From: an uncultured Clostridium sp.
GTDB lineage: Bacteria; Bacillota; Clostridia; TANB77; CAG-508
DNA: 64,000 nt
Direction of reading: 5' to 3'
Assembly: GCA_948469315.1 (NCBI GenBank)
Contig: CAOKLQ010000009.1
Coordinates: forward strand, 11,168 to 75,167
The notes beneath the pieces are model-generated. The model was not told the origin of the DNA and searched no databases. It saw nothing but the letters and a program-made list of their open reading frames with translations. Made by a program: the position numbers and the translations under genes. Each line of letters begins with the position of its first letter. Within the stretch, counting starts at the first letter, position 1. Shown in pieces: positions 39,598 through 50,269 of this stretch.

Positions 39598-41595
39598 TTA
39601 AATTGGTATACTTATATAAAAACAAGTTCCTTTTCCTTCTTGAGACTCAAAACTAATATCTCCATTAAAATGAGCTTTTATTGTAGAATACGACATAAAC
39701 AGTCCAAGTCCAGAGCCATTCTTGCCTTTTGTTGTAATCATTTCTTTAAATAATTTAGACTTAACTTCTTTGCTCATTCCCATTCCAAAGTCTTGAACTG
39801 AAATTAAAAGACTTCCATCTTTTTTATCAAAATTTAAGTTAATTTGATTGCCTGTTTGTCCATTATAGCTTTGGATTGCATTTGAAATCATGTTATTTAC
39901 AACTTGTACTAAACTATTAACATTTCCATCTAAAACAGTATTTTTATCAATATTTAAGTTTATATTTAACGTTATTAACGAGTTTTTAAGTTCATGTTTC
40001 ATTAATATATCTACACGTTTTATTAATTCATCTATTGTAAAATCAACATCATTATCTGAAGATAATGTAACTGCTTGTCCTTTAACTGTAGTTATAATAT
40101 CTGACATATATTCTGTATATTCTTTTATTTTATTAACCCAAGTTTGCATATCTTTTGCAATTTCATGATGATCTTCATTTGTAACATCTAGATCACCAAT
40201 AGAACTATCATATTCTTTTATTAAATCATTTAGACCTTCTGTTGCTCCAGAAATAGACATTATGGGTGTTTTTAGGTTATGAGATATTCCACCAATTAAT
40301 TGTCCAAGTGATGCTAAACGTTCTTTTTCCATAAGCATATTTTGGTTATTTTGTAGTTGTTTAATATTTTGTGCAGTTAATGTTTGAATTTTATTAAATG
40401 ATTTAGTTAGATCACTTATTTCGTCATTTGCAGTTATTGGTAAATTTTTTGAGTATATTATATCATTTGAATTAGATATATTCTCCATACCCTTAACAAC
40501 ATCTTTTATATCATTTGAAAATGATTTACCTATATAAAATATAAATAATCCATTAAATATCATAAGTGCAATTGCTACCATAATAAAAGGTGTAATAAAC
40601 GTATTTTCAAATACAAAATATCTTATTCCAACAAAGTAGTCACCCAAGGTAGTATGTATTTTGGTAACACAACCTTCAACATTTTGTCCATAGTATTCAT
40701 AAACATGTCCATCTGTATTTTCATAAAATAATTTAATATAATTTTTTAAAAAGGTATTTAATTCTACTGGAGAATAATATACTTGGTTTGTGTCACAAGA
40801 AAGTATGAAGATTGTATCATTTTGTGAGTTTAAAGTAATATTGCTTAATATATTTTTTGCTTCTTCTAAATCATAAGTAGTATTATCTAAAAATCTTGAA
40901 TCTAGTTCTTGTTTATAAAAATAATTTATAAGATTACTTTTTTCTGTTGTCATTAAAGATAATGCTATTAACAAAATTAATACAAAAGAATATAGAAAAA
41001 GCGGTAATATTTGTATTAATAATTTCTTATATAAATTTAACCTAATTCCATTTGAATCATTTTTTCCTAAAGAATCTGTTTGGATTAATTTTGTAACAAA
41101 GAAATTTCTACTAACCATATAGGATATAATTGCAAATATTGCAGACAAAGAAAATACAACAGTAGATATTCTTATTATTAATTCAAATTCAGTATTAAAG
41201 ACAACTAGCAATAATGCGACTATAATAGAAGGAACAAAGAGTTCTATTATAAACATAACGAAAGGATAGTTAAAACACTTTTTTCTGATTTTTTTAATTT
41301 CGTTAGCCGAAAGGTTAGCTATATTTTTGCTAGAAATATTTAATTTTCTATATACAAGTCGTAAAGTAATATAAAGCATACATGTTAAAATTGAAATTAG
41401 AATTATACATTGATCTGTATATTTAATTCCAACTGTTTGAATTTGAAAGTCATTATCTATTGAGTTTACAGGATAATTTAGTATTTTAGGCAATGCAAAA
41501 TATAAAAGTATACAAGTAAATATAAAAATTATTGTATTAAGTAATGCTAATTTTTTCGGAGTATTTATATTAAATATTTTTTTTGTTTGTTTCAT
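39598..41595 (-). CDS. Membrane sensor histidine kinase
   Basis: ATG 41595 follows GGTGG. There are several N-terminal TM helices and a ~110-aa extracytoplasmic segment. The H-box is GGISHNLKTPI, the N-box NNMISNAIQSY, G1 VQDFGMGM and G2 GSGLGLFMS. The start overlaps the NRPS stop by 26 nt. Confidence 0.88.
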   Translation of the reverse strand: MKQTKKIFNINTPKKLALLNTIIFIFTCILLYFALPKILNYPVNSIDNDFQIQTVGIKYTDQCIILISILTCMLYITLRLVYRKLNISSKNIANLSANEIKKIRKKCFNYPFVMFIIELFVPSIIVALLLVVFNTEFELIIRISTVVFSLSAIFAIISYMVSRNFFVTKLIQTDSLGKNDSNGIRLNLYKKLLIQILPLFLYSFVLILLIALSLMTTEKSNLINYFYKQELDSRFLDNTTYDLEEAKNILSNITLNSQNDTIFILSCDTNQVYYSPVELNTFLKNYIKLFYENTDGHVYEYYGQNVEGCVTKIHTTLGDYFVGIRYFVFENTFITPFIMVAIALMIFNGLFIFYIGKSFSNDIKDVVKGMENISNSNDIIYSKNLPITANDEISDLTKSFNKIQTLTAQNIKQLQNNQNMLMEKERLASLGQLIGGISHNLKTPIMSISGATEGLNDLIKEYDSSIGDLDVTNEDHHEIAKDMQTWVNKIKEYTEYMSDIITTVKGQAVTLSSDNDVDFTIDELIKRVDILMKHELKNSLITLNINLNIDKNTVLDGNVNSLVQVVNNMISNAIQSYNGQTGNQINLNFDKKDGSLLISVQDFGMGMSKEVKSKLFKEMITTKGKNGSGLGLFMSYSTIKAHFNGDISFESQEGKGTCFYISIPI

Positions 41596-44500
41596 TATTA
41601 TTACCACCTATAAAATTATTTTTTTCTAAATATTTAATTAATTTTTCAATATATTCATTAGTAATTTGTGGCCAAATTAAATTGTTTTTTAAAAGTAGCT
41701 TATTTGTAATAGTATTATTTAGTTCAACATTACCATTATTATTTAAATTATTCAAATAACTTGTTATTCCAAAATATAATTTATTTGAAGACATAAGTTT
41801 ATCTTTAAATTCACACATATCAACAGACTTAATATTATAACCAGTATCAGTTATAAATTTTACCAAAGTTTTACCATTTAAATAATTTGAATTAAATAAA
41901 TGATATATTTCTAAATTTTTATTTTGTAAATTTATTAAATTTACAATAAAATTAGCACAAATATCAACAGGTGTAAATTCAAAATTAAAATTTAATAATT
42001 CCTTTGGAACGCAGCCTAAGCAAATAAAACTAGTTAATCTGTTTAAAAATGCATTTTCTTTAGCATTTTCTTGGAACATTCCATCTGTAAATCTGTTAGT
42101 AATATTCCCAATTCTATAAATTGATGCAACAAGTCCATTTTTGCACTCATTTATAATTAATTTTTCAGCTTCAAATTTACTTCTTACATATACATTATCT
42201 TTATATTTTTGACCAATATATAAATTAGACTCATCAAACTTAGAATTGTTTGGAGTTTCGACTAATCCATATCCAGATACAGATAATGTAGAAACATAAT
42301 GCAGTGGTATATTATTCTTTTTGCAAAATGTAACTACTTGTTTAGTTCCCTTTACATTTGTTTTGAAAAATTCATCATAACTACCATAATGTTTTACAAT
42401 AGCTGCTGTATCTATAACACAATCAATGTTATTACTTATTTTATCATATGTTTGTGAAGATAAACCTAAATTATCTTGCAAAATATTACCTTCAATAATA
42501 TTAATACGATTTTTATATTTTAAAAACTCATCTTCTGAAAAATATAATTTAAACTTAGAGTTTAATCTTTCATATGAAGAAATGTTACTTTTTTCTCTAA
42601 TTATACAATATATTTGTGATGTAGTTAACACAAGCAAGTTATGCAAAATATGAATTCCTAAAAAGCCTGTTGAACCAAATAATAAAATATTATTATAGTT
42701 AAACTTTTTATTTATAGGTTTGCTTATTTGGGAAATATCTGGATAAGTATTTTTATTATAATAATCTGAATTTGTATGGTCTAATATGTAATTTGCAAGT
42801 TCTCTAATTGTTTTATATTCATAAAAGACTTGAGTATTAACATCTATACCATTTGTGTAAAGCATAGTTTGGGCTTTTATTAAAATAAGAGAATCTATAT
42901 AATATTCAAATATATTAGCAGTTACACTTATTTTATCTTCTACATTTAATAATTCATAAAAAATGTTTTGTAATAACTCTTCTAAATTATTCTCAGGTGG
43001 CGTATAAGGAGCCTGTTTTATTTCTGGAATAGGTAAAAGTTTTTTATCTACTTTTCCATTAACACTAAGAGGTATATTTTCTAATCTAATAAAATATTTT
43101 GGAATCATGTATAATGGTAAGCTCTTACTTAAGAATAAATCTAAATTATCTAAGTCCTTATCGCAAATAGAGGTATAATAAGCACATAATATTTTTTGAT
43201 TATCTATATTAATTGTTGTTATATAACAATCTTTTATTTTATTATGTTTTAGAAGATTAGATTGAATTTCTCCTATTTCAATTCTAAATCCATTTATTTT
43301 AACTTGAAAATCTGAACGTCCAAAATACTCCATAGTTCCATTATAATATAACTTAGCTAAATCACCAGTTTTATATAATATTTTTGTGTTATCAAAAGGG
43401 CTTATTATAAAAGAACATTTATTGGCATTTTCTAAATTTATATATCCAGAAGATAAACAGTCTCCACCTATATACATTTGTCCAAGCATACCACATGGGA
43501 CTAAAGATAAATTATTATCTAAAATATAAATATTAACATTATCTATAGGTTTTCCAATTGGAATGGAAGTATATTTTTTATCTTTTTTTGAATATTCATG
43601 TATCATACAGCCAACAGTTGCCTCTGTAGGTCCATATTCATTATAAATATGTAAATCATTTATAAATTTAGATGAGATTTTTTCACAGGACTCTATGGAA
43701 AGCAGATCTCCACCTACAATCAATTTATTTACAATAGATTCAGAACAATCTATATCTAATAATAAATTTAAATGTGCAGGAGTAAGTTTTATAATATGAA
43801 CCTTTCTATCTTCTATTATAGACTTTAGTAATAATTGAGGATTTTCATTTTCATATATATATATTGTATTACCAGTTGTTAAAGGCGTATAAATAGAAGT
43901 TACAGTTAAGTCAAAAGCAATTGATGAATACAATGGAAAATTAGTATTTTTGCCTGAAACATATTGTCTTTTACAAAAGCTAATATAGTTTGATAAACTT
44001 TTATTACATATACTAACCCCCTTAGGATTTCCAGTAGAACCAGAAGTATATATTATATATGCTAAAGAATCATCTTTAATTTTTGAGGTATTAAAAGCTT
44101 TAGAAAAATTAGTGTCTAAAATTTCTAAATCAATTATATATTTGCTATCTTTTATTTGACTTATGCTTTTTTTATTTTTATTATTAGATAAGACTATTTT
44201 AGCGTTACTATTTTGAATAATGTATTTTACCCTATGTATAGGATATTTAACATCAATAGGAATATAGCAAGCTTCAAGTTTTAGTGTAGCTAAAATACTA
44301 ACAATTAGTTCTATAGAGTTTTCCAAAAACAAGCAAATTTTATCATAAGGCTTAATGTTCTTTTTAGATAATATGAAAGATAAATTGTTAGCCATACAAT
44401 TTATCTCTTTATATGTATAAGACTTTTCTTTATCACATATAGCAATATTATTAGGATTAAGTTTTACTTGATTTTCAAAATCTCTTATAACAGGAATATT

Positions 44501-45847
44501 AATTATATCTAATTTTGTATTATTATATTTATTTAATATAAAATCTTTTTCATCAGGTGATAAAATATCTATATTTTTTAGTAATATATAAGGATTATTA
44601 ATAACCTGATTAATTATGTGCATAAGTCTTTTATGTAGTAAAATTATATCTTTTTCGTGGAATAAATCTAATTTATAATCATAGTAAATAGAAAGTAATC
44701 CTGTATCATCCATATCATGTATATGTATATCTAAATTATTAGCAACTGTATTATTAAAAATCCAATTTGTATGATATTTTATATTAGATGTAGAATTATT
44801 ATTTCTAGCATTTTGGTAAGATAAAGCTACATCATATAAATTTTTAGAAAAGTTAAATTTCTTTCTTAAATCATTAAGTAAAATATTAAAAGGATATCTT
44901 TGGTTTCTAAAAATAGAAAATTCTGTATTTGAAAAGTCTTTTAATAACGAAATATAAGTATTATTTAAGTCAATATGAGTTTTAAAAGGAACTGTACTTA
45001 TAAACATTCCAATAGTATTTTTTTGGCTAAAATTACATCTATTAAGTACAGGAGTTCCAACAATTGGATTACTAACATTATTAATTTTAGATAAATAAAT
45101 ACTAAGTGCACTCATAAAAATACTATAAGCAGATGTTTTATATTCTGCAAAAAAGTTAGATAAACTATTACAGAAGTTTTTACTTAAACAATAAGATTTT
45201 CTTTTAGCTAAGCAAGAATTGGAATTTGTATCACAAATATAAGAAAAAGAAAGTGAGTCAAACTTAGAATCCCAAAATTCTTTTGATTTTAAAAATTTGG
45301 AACTATTTAAATATTCTTTTTCTGAATTTATAAAATCTATGTAAGAATAAGATGTATTATCAACTGGTTTATTATTTAATAAATTATCATAATTTGTAAT
45401 TATTTGATTTGTTAAAACAGTCATAGTCCATGCATCACAAATAATATGATGCAATTTTGCAATAAATCCTCCATGGCCATTTGGAAATTTAAAAATCGTA
45501 AAACTAAATAAATTATTATCAATAAGATCAAAACAACTATTAGTAACTTTAGTTTCTAAGTGATTAAGCTGTTTTTCATCTTCTAACTCTATTATTTCAA
45601 AATCTTCATCAACAAAACAATTAACATATTGTAATACAGAATCATTTTTAAGTAAAAGTCTTAATCTTATACCATCATTATTTTGTATAAAAATATTAAT
45701 AGATTTTTTTAATAATTCAAAATCTACTTTTTCATCTATGGTAAGAGTACCAACAAGGTTACCTATAGTACTTCCTTTATAATATTGCTCAGTAAGCCAA
45801 ATTGATTTTTGCGGGTTAGTTAATTCAAATAGTTGTTTTTTTTCCAT
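41570..45847 (-). CDS. Single-module non-ribosomal peptide synthetase, domain order C-A-T-R (terminal thioester reductase)
   Basis: The C domain has HHIICDAWT (HHxxxD). The A-domain cores are YIIYTSGSTGNPKG, NEYGPTE, YKTGD and GRSDFQVKINGFRIEIGEI. The carrier-protein serine motif is YYIDSLILIK. The R domain has LLFGSTGFLGIHIL (NAD(P)-binding) and YVRSK (YxxxK). ATG 45847 follows AGAGGGA; the ORF track GTG at 45856 is too close to the RBS. Confidence 0.9.
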   Translation of the reverse strand: MEKKQLFELTNPQKSIWLTEQYYKGSTIGNLVGTLTIDEKVDFELLKKSINIFIQNNDGIRLRLLLKNDSVLQYVNCFVDEDFEIIELEDEKQLNHLETKVTNSCFDLIDNNLFSFTIFKFPNGHGGFIAKLHHIICDAWTMTVLTNQIITNYDNLLNNKPVDNTSYSYIDFINSEKEYLNSSKFLKSKEFWDSKFDSLSFSYICDTNSNSCLAKRKSYCLSKNFCNSLSNFFAEYKTSAYSIFMSALSIYLSKINNVSNPIVGTPVLNRCNFSQKNTIGMFISTVPFKTHIDLNNTYISLLKDFSNTEFSIFRNQRYPFNILLNDLRKKFNFSKNLYDVALSYQNARNNNSTSNIKYHTNWIFNNTVANNLDIHIHDMDDTGLLSIYYDYKLDLFHEKDIILLHKRLMHIINQVINNPYILLKNIDILSPDEKDFILNKYNNTKLDIINIPVIRDFENQVKLNPNNIAICDKEKSYTYKEINCMANNLSFILSKKNIKPYDKICLFLENSIELIVSILATLKLEACYIPIDVKYPIHRVKYIIQNSNAKIVLSNNKNKKSISQIKDSKYIIDLEILDTNFSKAFNTSKIKDDSLAYIIYTSGSTGNPKGVSICNKSLSNYISFCKRQYVSGKNTNFPLYSSIAFDLTVTSIYTPLTTGNTIYIYENENPQLLLKSIIEDRKVHIIKLTPAHLNLLLDIDCSESIVNKLIVGGDLLSIESCEKISSKFINDLHIYNEYGPTEATVGCMIHEYSKKDKKYTSIPIGKPIDNVNIYILDNNLSLVPCGMLGQMYIGGDCLSSGYINLENANKCSFIISPFDNTKILYKTGDLAKLYYNGTMEYFGRSDFQVKINGFRIEIGEIQSNLLKHNKIKDCYITTINIDNQKILCAYYTSICDKDLDNLDLFLSKSLPLYMIPKYFIRLENIPLSVNGKVDKKLLPIPEIKQAPYTPPENNLEELLQNIFYELLNVEDKISVTANIFEYYIDSLILIKAQTMLYTNGIDVNTQVFYEYKTIRELANYILDHTNSDYYNKNTYPDISQISKPINKKFNYNNILLFGSTGFLGIHILHNLLVLTTSQIYCIIREKSNISSYERLNSKFKLYFSEDEFLKYKNRINIIEGNILQDNLGLSSQTYDKISNNIDCVIDTAAIVKHYGSYDEFFKTNVKGTKQVVTFCKKNNIPLHYVSTLSVSGYGLVETPNNSKFDESNLYIGQKYKDNVYVRSKFEAEKLIINECKNGLVASIYRIGNITNRFTDGMFQENAKENAFLNRLTSFICLGCVPKELLNFNFEFTPVDICANFIVNLINLQNKNLEIYHLFNSNYLNGKTLVKFITDTGYNIKSVDMCEFKDKLMSSNKLYFGITSYLNNLNNNGNVELNNTITNKLLLKNNLIWPQITNEYIEKLIKYLEKNNFIGGNNNETNKKNI

Positions 45848-46236
45848 AAAATTCACAGTCCCTCTTTATTTTATTAATTTTGAAAATTATATACTATAAT
45901 ATATTATAAATCAAACAAATTTGACAAAATTTGCGAAAAAATATAACTATTTAAAAATAAGCTTAGAATACTAAATTTGAATAGTAGAAAAATATAGGGA
46001 GTAATAGGAAGATTGCCTTTTTATAGAAATTTTTTCAAAGAGTATTCTTCCTAAATATGTATTTAATAATAAAATTTGGAAATAATAAAAAAGAGATCCT
46101 AAGATTTTCTAAAACATGAAAATCTTAAGAAAATCTAAGGCTCTCCATAATTATCTTCTACAGAAAATTCTCATTCATTATGAGAATTTTCCTAGAATAT
46201 AAAAAAGAAACAAAAATACATATTTTGGAGGTTTTT

Positions 46237-47370
46237 ATGAATAATTTTGAAAAAGCAAAAAAGCTTAAGAAAATAATTATTAAAATGGTAATTGTGGGAT
46301 TTGCTATTTTGCTTTTTTGGTGGTTATATACAATGTACTCAAAAATAGAAATAGCACCCAATATAGGTACAAATTATAATAATACCACAATAGAAAGAAC
46401 ATCATTATCGGTAATAGAGCAAGAAGAAAAAAGTAAAACAGTATCAGATGTAATTGAAGAGGCTAATAAAGCAGTTGTTGGAATTTCTAAAATAAAAAAC
46501 GTTGGTGCAAGTGTATTTACAAATGATAGTACAAAAAATTTAGGAATTGGAACAGGTTTTATTGTATCTGAAAATGGCTATATAATAACAAATGAACATG
46601 TTTCAGGAGAAAAATATAGTAATTGCTATGTAACACTAGAAAATGGAAAAATATATAATGGAAATGTAGTTTGGTCAGATAGTAATTTAGACTTAAGTAT
46701 TGTAAAAATAAACATGAAAGGTTTGGACTACATGAAATTAGGGGATTCAAATGATACAAAAATAGGACAGTCGGTATATGCAATAGGAAACCCTATAGGA
46801 TTTGAGTTTCAAAGAACAGTAACATCGGGAATAATAAGTGCGGTAGACAGAACAATAAAATTTTCAGAAAATGGACAAGATGTGTATATGGCAGATTTAA
46901 TTCAAACAGATGCAACCATAAATCCAGGAAACAGTGGGGGACCATTAATAAAGCCAAATGGAACAGTTATTGCAGTAAATTCTGTAAAAATTACAAGTGC
47001 AGAAGGAATAGGTTTTGCAGTTCCAATAAATGTTATAAAACCAGTTGTAGAAAAATTTATAGCAAATGGGAATTTTGAAGAAGCAACACTTGGAATATTT
47101 GCATATGACAAAAATGTAATTCCATATTTAAATAGCAATATGAACTTTGAATCAGGCATATATGTTGTACAAATTACGAAAAACAGTGCAAGCGATCAAA
47201 CAGGCTTGCAAGAAGGAGATATATTAGCAAAAATAGATGGAATAGAACTAAATAAAATGAATGATCTAAAAGCATATATATATACAAAAAATCCAAATGA
47301 CGAAGTACTACTCACAGTTATAAGAAATAAGGAAACTTTAGAAATTAAGGTTAAACTAGGGAAAAAATAA
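46237..47370 (+). CDS. htrA: HtrA/DegP-family membrane-anchored serine protease with C-terminal PDZ domain
   Basis: ATG 46237 follows GGAGG, and the TM anchor is MVIVGFAILLFWWLY. The catalytic triad contexts are ITNEHV, DLSIVKI and GNSGGPL. The PDZ-like segment is GIYVVQITKNSASDQTGLQEGDILAKIDG. Confidence 0.88.
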   Translation: MNNFEKAKKLKKIIIKMVIVGFAILLFWWLYTMYSKIEIAPNIGTNYNNTTIERTSLSVIEQEEKSKTVSDVIEEANKAVVGISKIKNVGASVFTNDSTKNLGIGTGFIVSENGYIITNEHVSGEKYSNCYVTLENGKIYNGNVVWSDSNLDLSIVKINMKGLDYMKLGDSNDTKIGQSVYAIGNPIGFEFQRTVTSGIISAVDRTIKFSENGQDVYMADLIQTDATINPGNSGGPLIKPNGTVIAVNSVKITSAEGIGFAVPINVIKPVVEKFIANGNFEEATLGIFAYDKNVIPYLNSNMNFESGIYVVQITKNSASDQTGLQEGDILAKIDGIELNKMNDLKAYIYTKNPNDEVLLTVIRNKETLEIKVKLGKK

Positions 47371-47430
47371 ATTGCATTATGTAAAGATATATGATATAAT
47401 TTTAAAAGTGCAAAAAAGGAGGCGGTGTAT

Positions 47431-48363
47431 ATGATGTTTGAAACTGATAATATGTATCGGCCTATATACGGAGAAGTGGAGGAATACTTCAATCAACCAG
47501 TAGTATATAATGGTCGGAACTTTATTTTAACTTTGGTTAAAGAAGGAATGGAAGGAGAGCCAATTGTTATTATCAACAATGGATGGGCAATGAAAGATCC
47601 TTTTTCAAAACCTATAAAGCCAAGTTATCAAAATTGCCAAATATATGGCTTGTATTACAAACTAAGTGATCCAAAATTACTAGAACCCAAAAGAGGCAGA
47701 ATAAAGAGAATTTGGAAAAAACATCCAGAATATTTTGGGTGCAGGGGTCTTTTAGATTCAGGAAAAGAACTTGAAAGATTAGTAAAAGACCAAATGTCAT
47801 GGGAAAATATTATACTAGTAGGTTTTACAAAATCTGCTACTATGATTTTAAATGGCATAAGCTGGTCAGAAAATGTGACAATTGATGCAATATGTCCAAT
47901 TTTTAAAGGGACTTATTCTGTAATGCCAGAAGTAATGAAAAAACATTTACATTGTTTTTGGTACTTAATAAGTTGGATATATTCGGGACATTTAGTAGAT
48001 GATGACATTGCTGTTGGAGCAAAATATTTAGAAGAATCAGACTATGCAGGATTAAAAAAAGCGGATGTAAATGTTATTATTTCTATTCTTGATAGAGAAG
48101 TTGAACACACATGGAAAGATGTTATACATCCAGTTAATTTATTTTTTAAGATTTGCTCTCCAATTATAGATGGCATAATCTATAAAGAAGAAGGTGAGCA
48201 GCCTCACAAGTCAAATGGTTTTTTGTCATATTTAACTCAACGTCCGCCCTTTAAGAATAAAATTATAGAGAATGGACATGTATATTCTAGTATGCCAACA
48301 ACTTTGAATCATCCCATAGTAAAATCGATGATCCAAAAACAAATTTATCAAAAGCAAAGATAA
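47431..48363 (+). CDS. Hypothetical cytoplasmic protein (no recognised domain), compositionally atypical
   Basis: AGGAGG lies 8 nt before ATG 47431. It is an uninterrupted 310-codon ORF with visibly more G/C-containing codons than its neighbours. It holds two of the three frame-0 CGG codons not at frame breaks (47458, 47515). Confidence 0.55.
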   Translation: MMFETDNMYRPIYGEVEEYFNQPVVYNGRNFILTLVKEGMEGEPIVIINNGWAMKDPFSKPIKPSYQNCQIYGLYYKLSDPKLLEPKRGRIKRIWKKHPEYFGCRGLLDSGKELERLVKDQMSWENIILVGFTKSATMILNGISWSENVTIDAICPIFKGTYSVMPEVMKKHLHCFWYLISWIYSGHLVDDDIAVGAKYLEESDYAGLKKADVNVIISILDREVEHTWKDVIHPVNLFFKICSPIIDGIIYKEEGEQPHKSNGFLSYLTQRPPFKNKIIENGHVYSSMPTTLNHPIVKSMIQKQIYQKQR

Positions 48364-48497
48364 AATAATCAGTAACAAACAAAATAAAGGTGTCTAAATA
48401 GGCACCTTTGTTTTTAGTTTGATATAATAAAAAATTAAAATATTTACAAATTATTATAAATATAATAAAATAATAAAAGTAAGGAGGGAGATTTAAT

Positions 48498-50019
48498 ATG
48501 GAACTTGCAATAGTTTTAAGCTTATTTTTAAGTATTTGGCACTCAATATTATTTTTTAGACAAGATGTACGGAATATCAGTAATATTATTTGCTATCCCA
48601 TTAATATTTTCACTTATAAAAGTATTGGATAAAATGGGAAAAATAAAAAACAAAAAATCATATATTTTAGTAGTACCAATTTTACTTCTATGTAGCACAT
48701 ATTTATTTTTCAACAATAATTTATTTAACATACTAAACATATTTGTAATACTAGCATTATTTGCTGCAATGATAATTTGGGCATTAAGTGAAAAATTAAA
48801 ATATACATTATTTTTTACAAAAATATTTAATGTAATAATTGGACCACTAGAATTTGTCGGAAAAGCACTTTCAATAATAAAAAGTTCAGTAAAAGGTGCA
48901 GGAAGTAAGAATAGCAAAATAGAGCTAACAAAAAGAATAATAAAAGCAATAATAATAGCTATACCAATTATATTAATAATACTATTTTTGCTAATATCAG
49001 CAGACGACAATTTTGCAAAAATATTTAGTGGTTTTGCAGATTATATTATAAAATTATTTACAAGCTGGGAAGTTGTATATTTTATTTTAAGAATTGTTTT
49101 AATAGCAGTATTATTTATATATTTTGTAAGCTTTATTTATAATTTAACAAATGAAAAAAGTTCATTTAATATTATTGAAAAAATAAACAAGCCAAAAAGT
49201 ATAAAAATAGACATATTTACAATAAATATAATACTTACAATATTAAATGTATTATATGCAATATTTAGTGTAGTACAAATAGTAAATTTAGGAGATACAA
49301 ACAAAATCGAAAGTTTATCGCAAACTGCAAGACAAGGATTTTTCCAATTAATGGTAGTATCAATAATAAACTTTATATTTATAATAATATCAACAATAAA
49401 TAAAGCAGATGAAAGTGTAGTAGCTAAAAGATATAAAAAAGTAATGAATATGTTAATGCTAATATTTACAATAGTATTAATAATAGTATCATTCCAAAAA
49501 ATGAGATTATATGTAGGAAAATATGGTTATACATACTTAAGAATACTAGTATTTTTCACACTTGTAACAGAAGTAATATTAACAATACCAACAGCAATAT
49601 ATGTTATAAAACAAAAAATCAACTTATTTTACACATATTTTGCAATAATTATAACAATGTATATAATAATGAATTTTATAAATATAAACAAACTAATAGC
49701 AAAAAGAAATGTAGACTTGTACTTTGAAACAGGAAAATTTGATTTTTACTACCTAAAAAAATTAGACAGCACAGATTCTGCATTAGAAATGAAAATATTA
49801 TTAAATAAAATAGAAAATGATGAAAATTTGAGTAATAGAGTAAATAATTATTTATATGATGTAAAAAAAGATTTAGAAGAAGAAAAAATTACATGGCAAT
49901 CATTTAATTTTTCAAAAAGTAAGGCAAAAAAAGAATTTGAAAAACTAGAAATAGAATATAAAAGAGGTTATGATAAAAAGATTAGAAATAATCGCTATTA
50001 TGATGAGGAGACTATATAA
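48498..50019 (+). CDS. Polytopic membrane protein (DUF4153/DUF4173-like), read across a +1 junction
   Basis: A strong RBS (AAGGAGGGAG) precedes ATG 48498, giving MELAIVLSLFLSIWHSILFFRQDV in frame 0. The +1 frame continues GISVILFAIPLIF... through ~12 TM helices to 50019. The track ORF 48565 has no RBS. Confidence 0.65.
48570..48573 (+). other. Candidate +1 frame junction at in-frame CGG-A (GTA CGG A)
   Basis: Both frames are open over 48532-48625, so the position is not pinned by homology. A T6 run at 48552-48557 is an alternative site. CGG-A is proposed by analogy with the other four junctions. Confidence 0.4.
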
Positions 50020-50269
50020 AAATGAAAGAGGGGTCCTATTTTAGGATACCCTCTTCTACTGATTAGTTATAATTTAGTTGTATTATTTACAAACCAGTAA
50101 CATAATGCATAGATAAGGGTAGAAAAGTATTAATTTAGTAAAATATGTTAACAAATATATAATAAAAGTTATATTAAAATTGATATTTTATGTAAATTGT
50201 GCTATAATAATATAGAAGTAAATTTTTTAAGTCTCTAACCAAAATTTAAAACTTTAAGGAGGTAGCAGT

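Noticed and set aside
39890-40168. Plus-strand ORFs inside the kinase and NRPS genes (39890..40168, 42426..42653)
   Set aside because: They are antisense to genes with complete catalytic motifs, and have no RBS and no recognisable domains.
46158-46361. 67-aa minus-strand ORF overlapping the htrA start
   Set aside because: It overlaps the htrA RBS, start and TM-anchor coding region, and has no RBS of its own.
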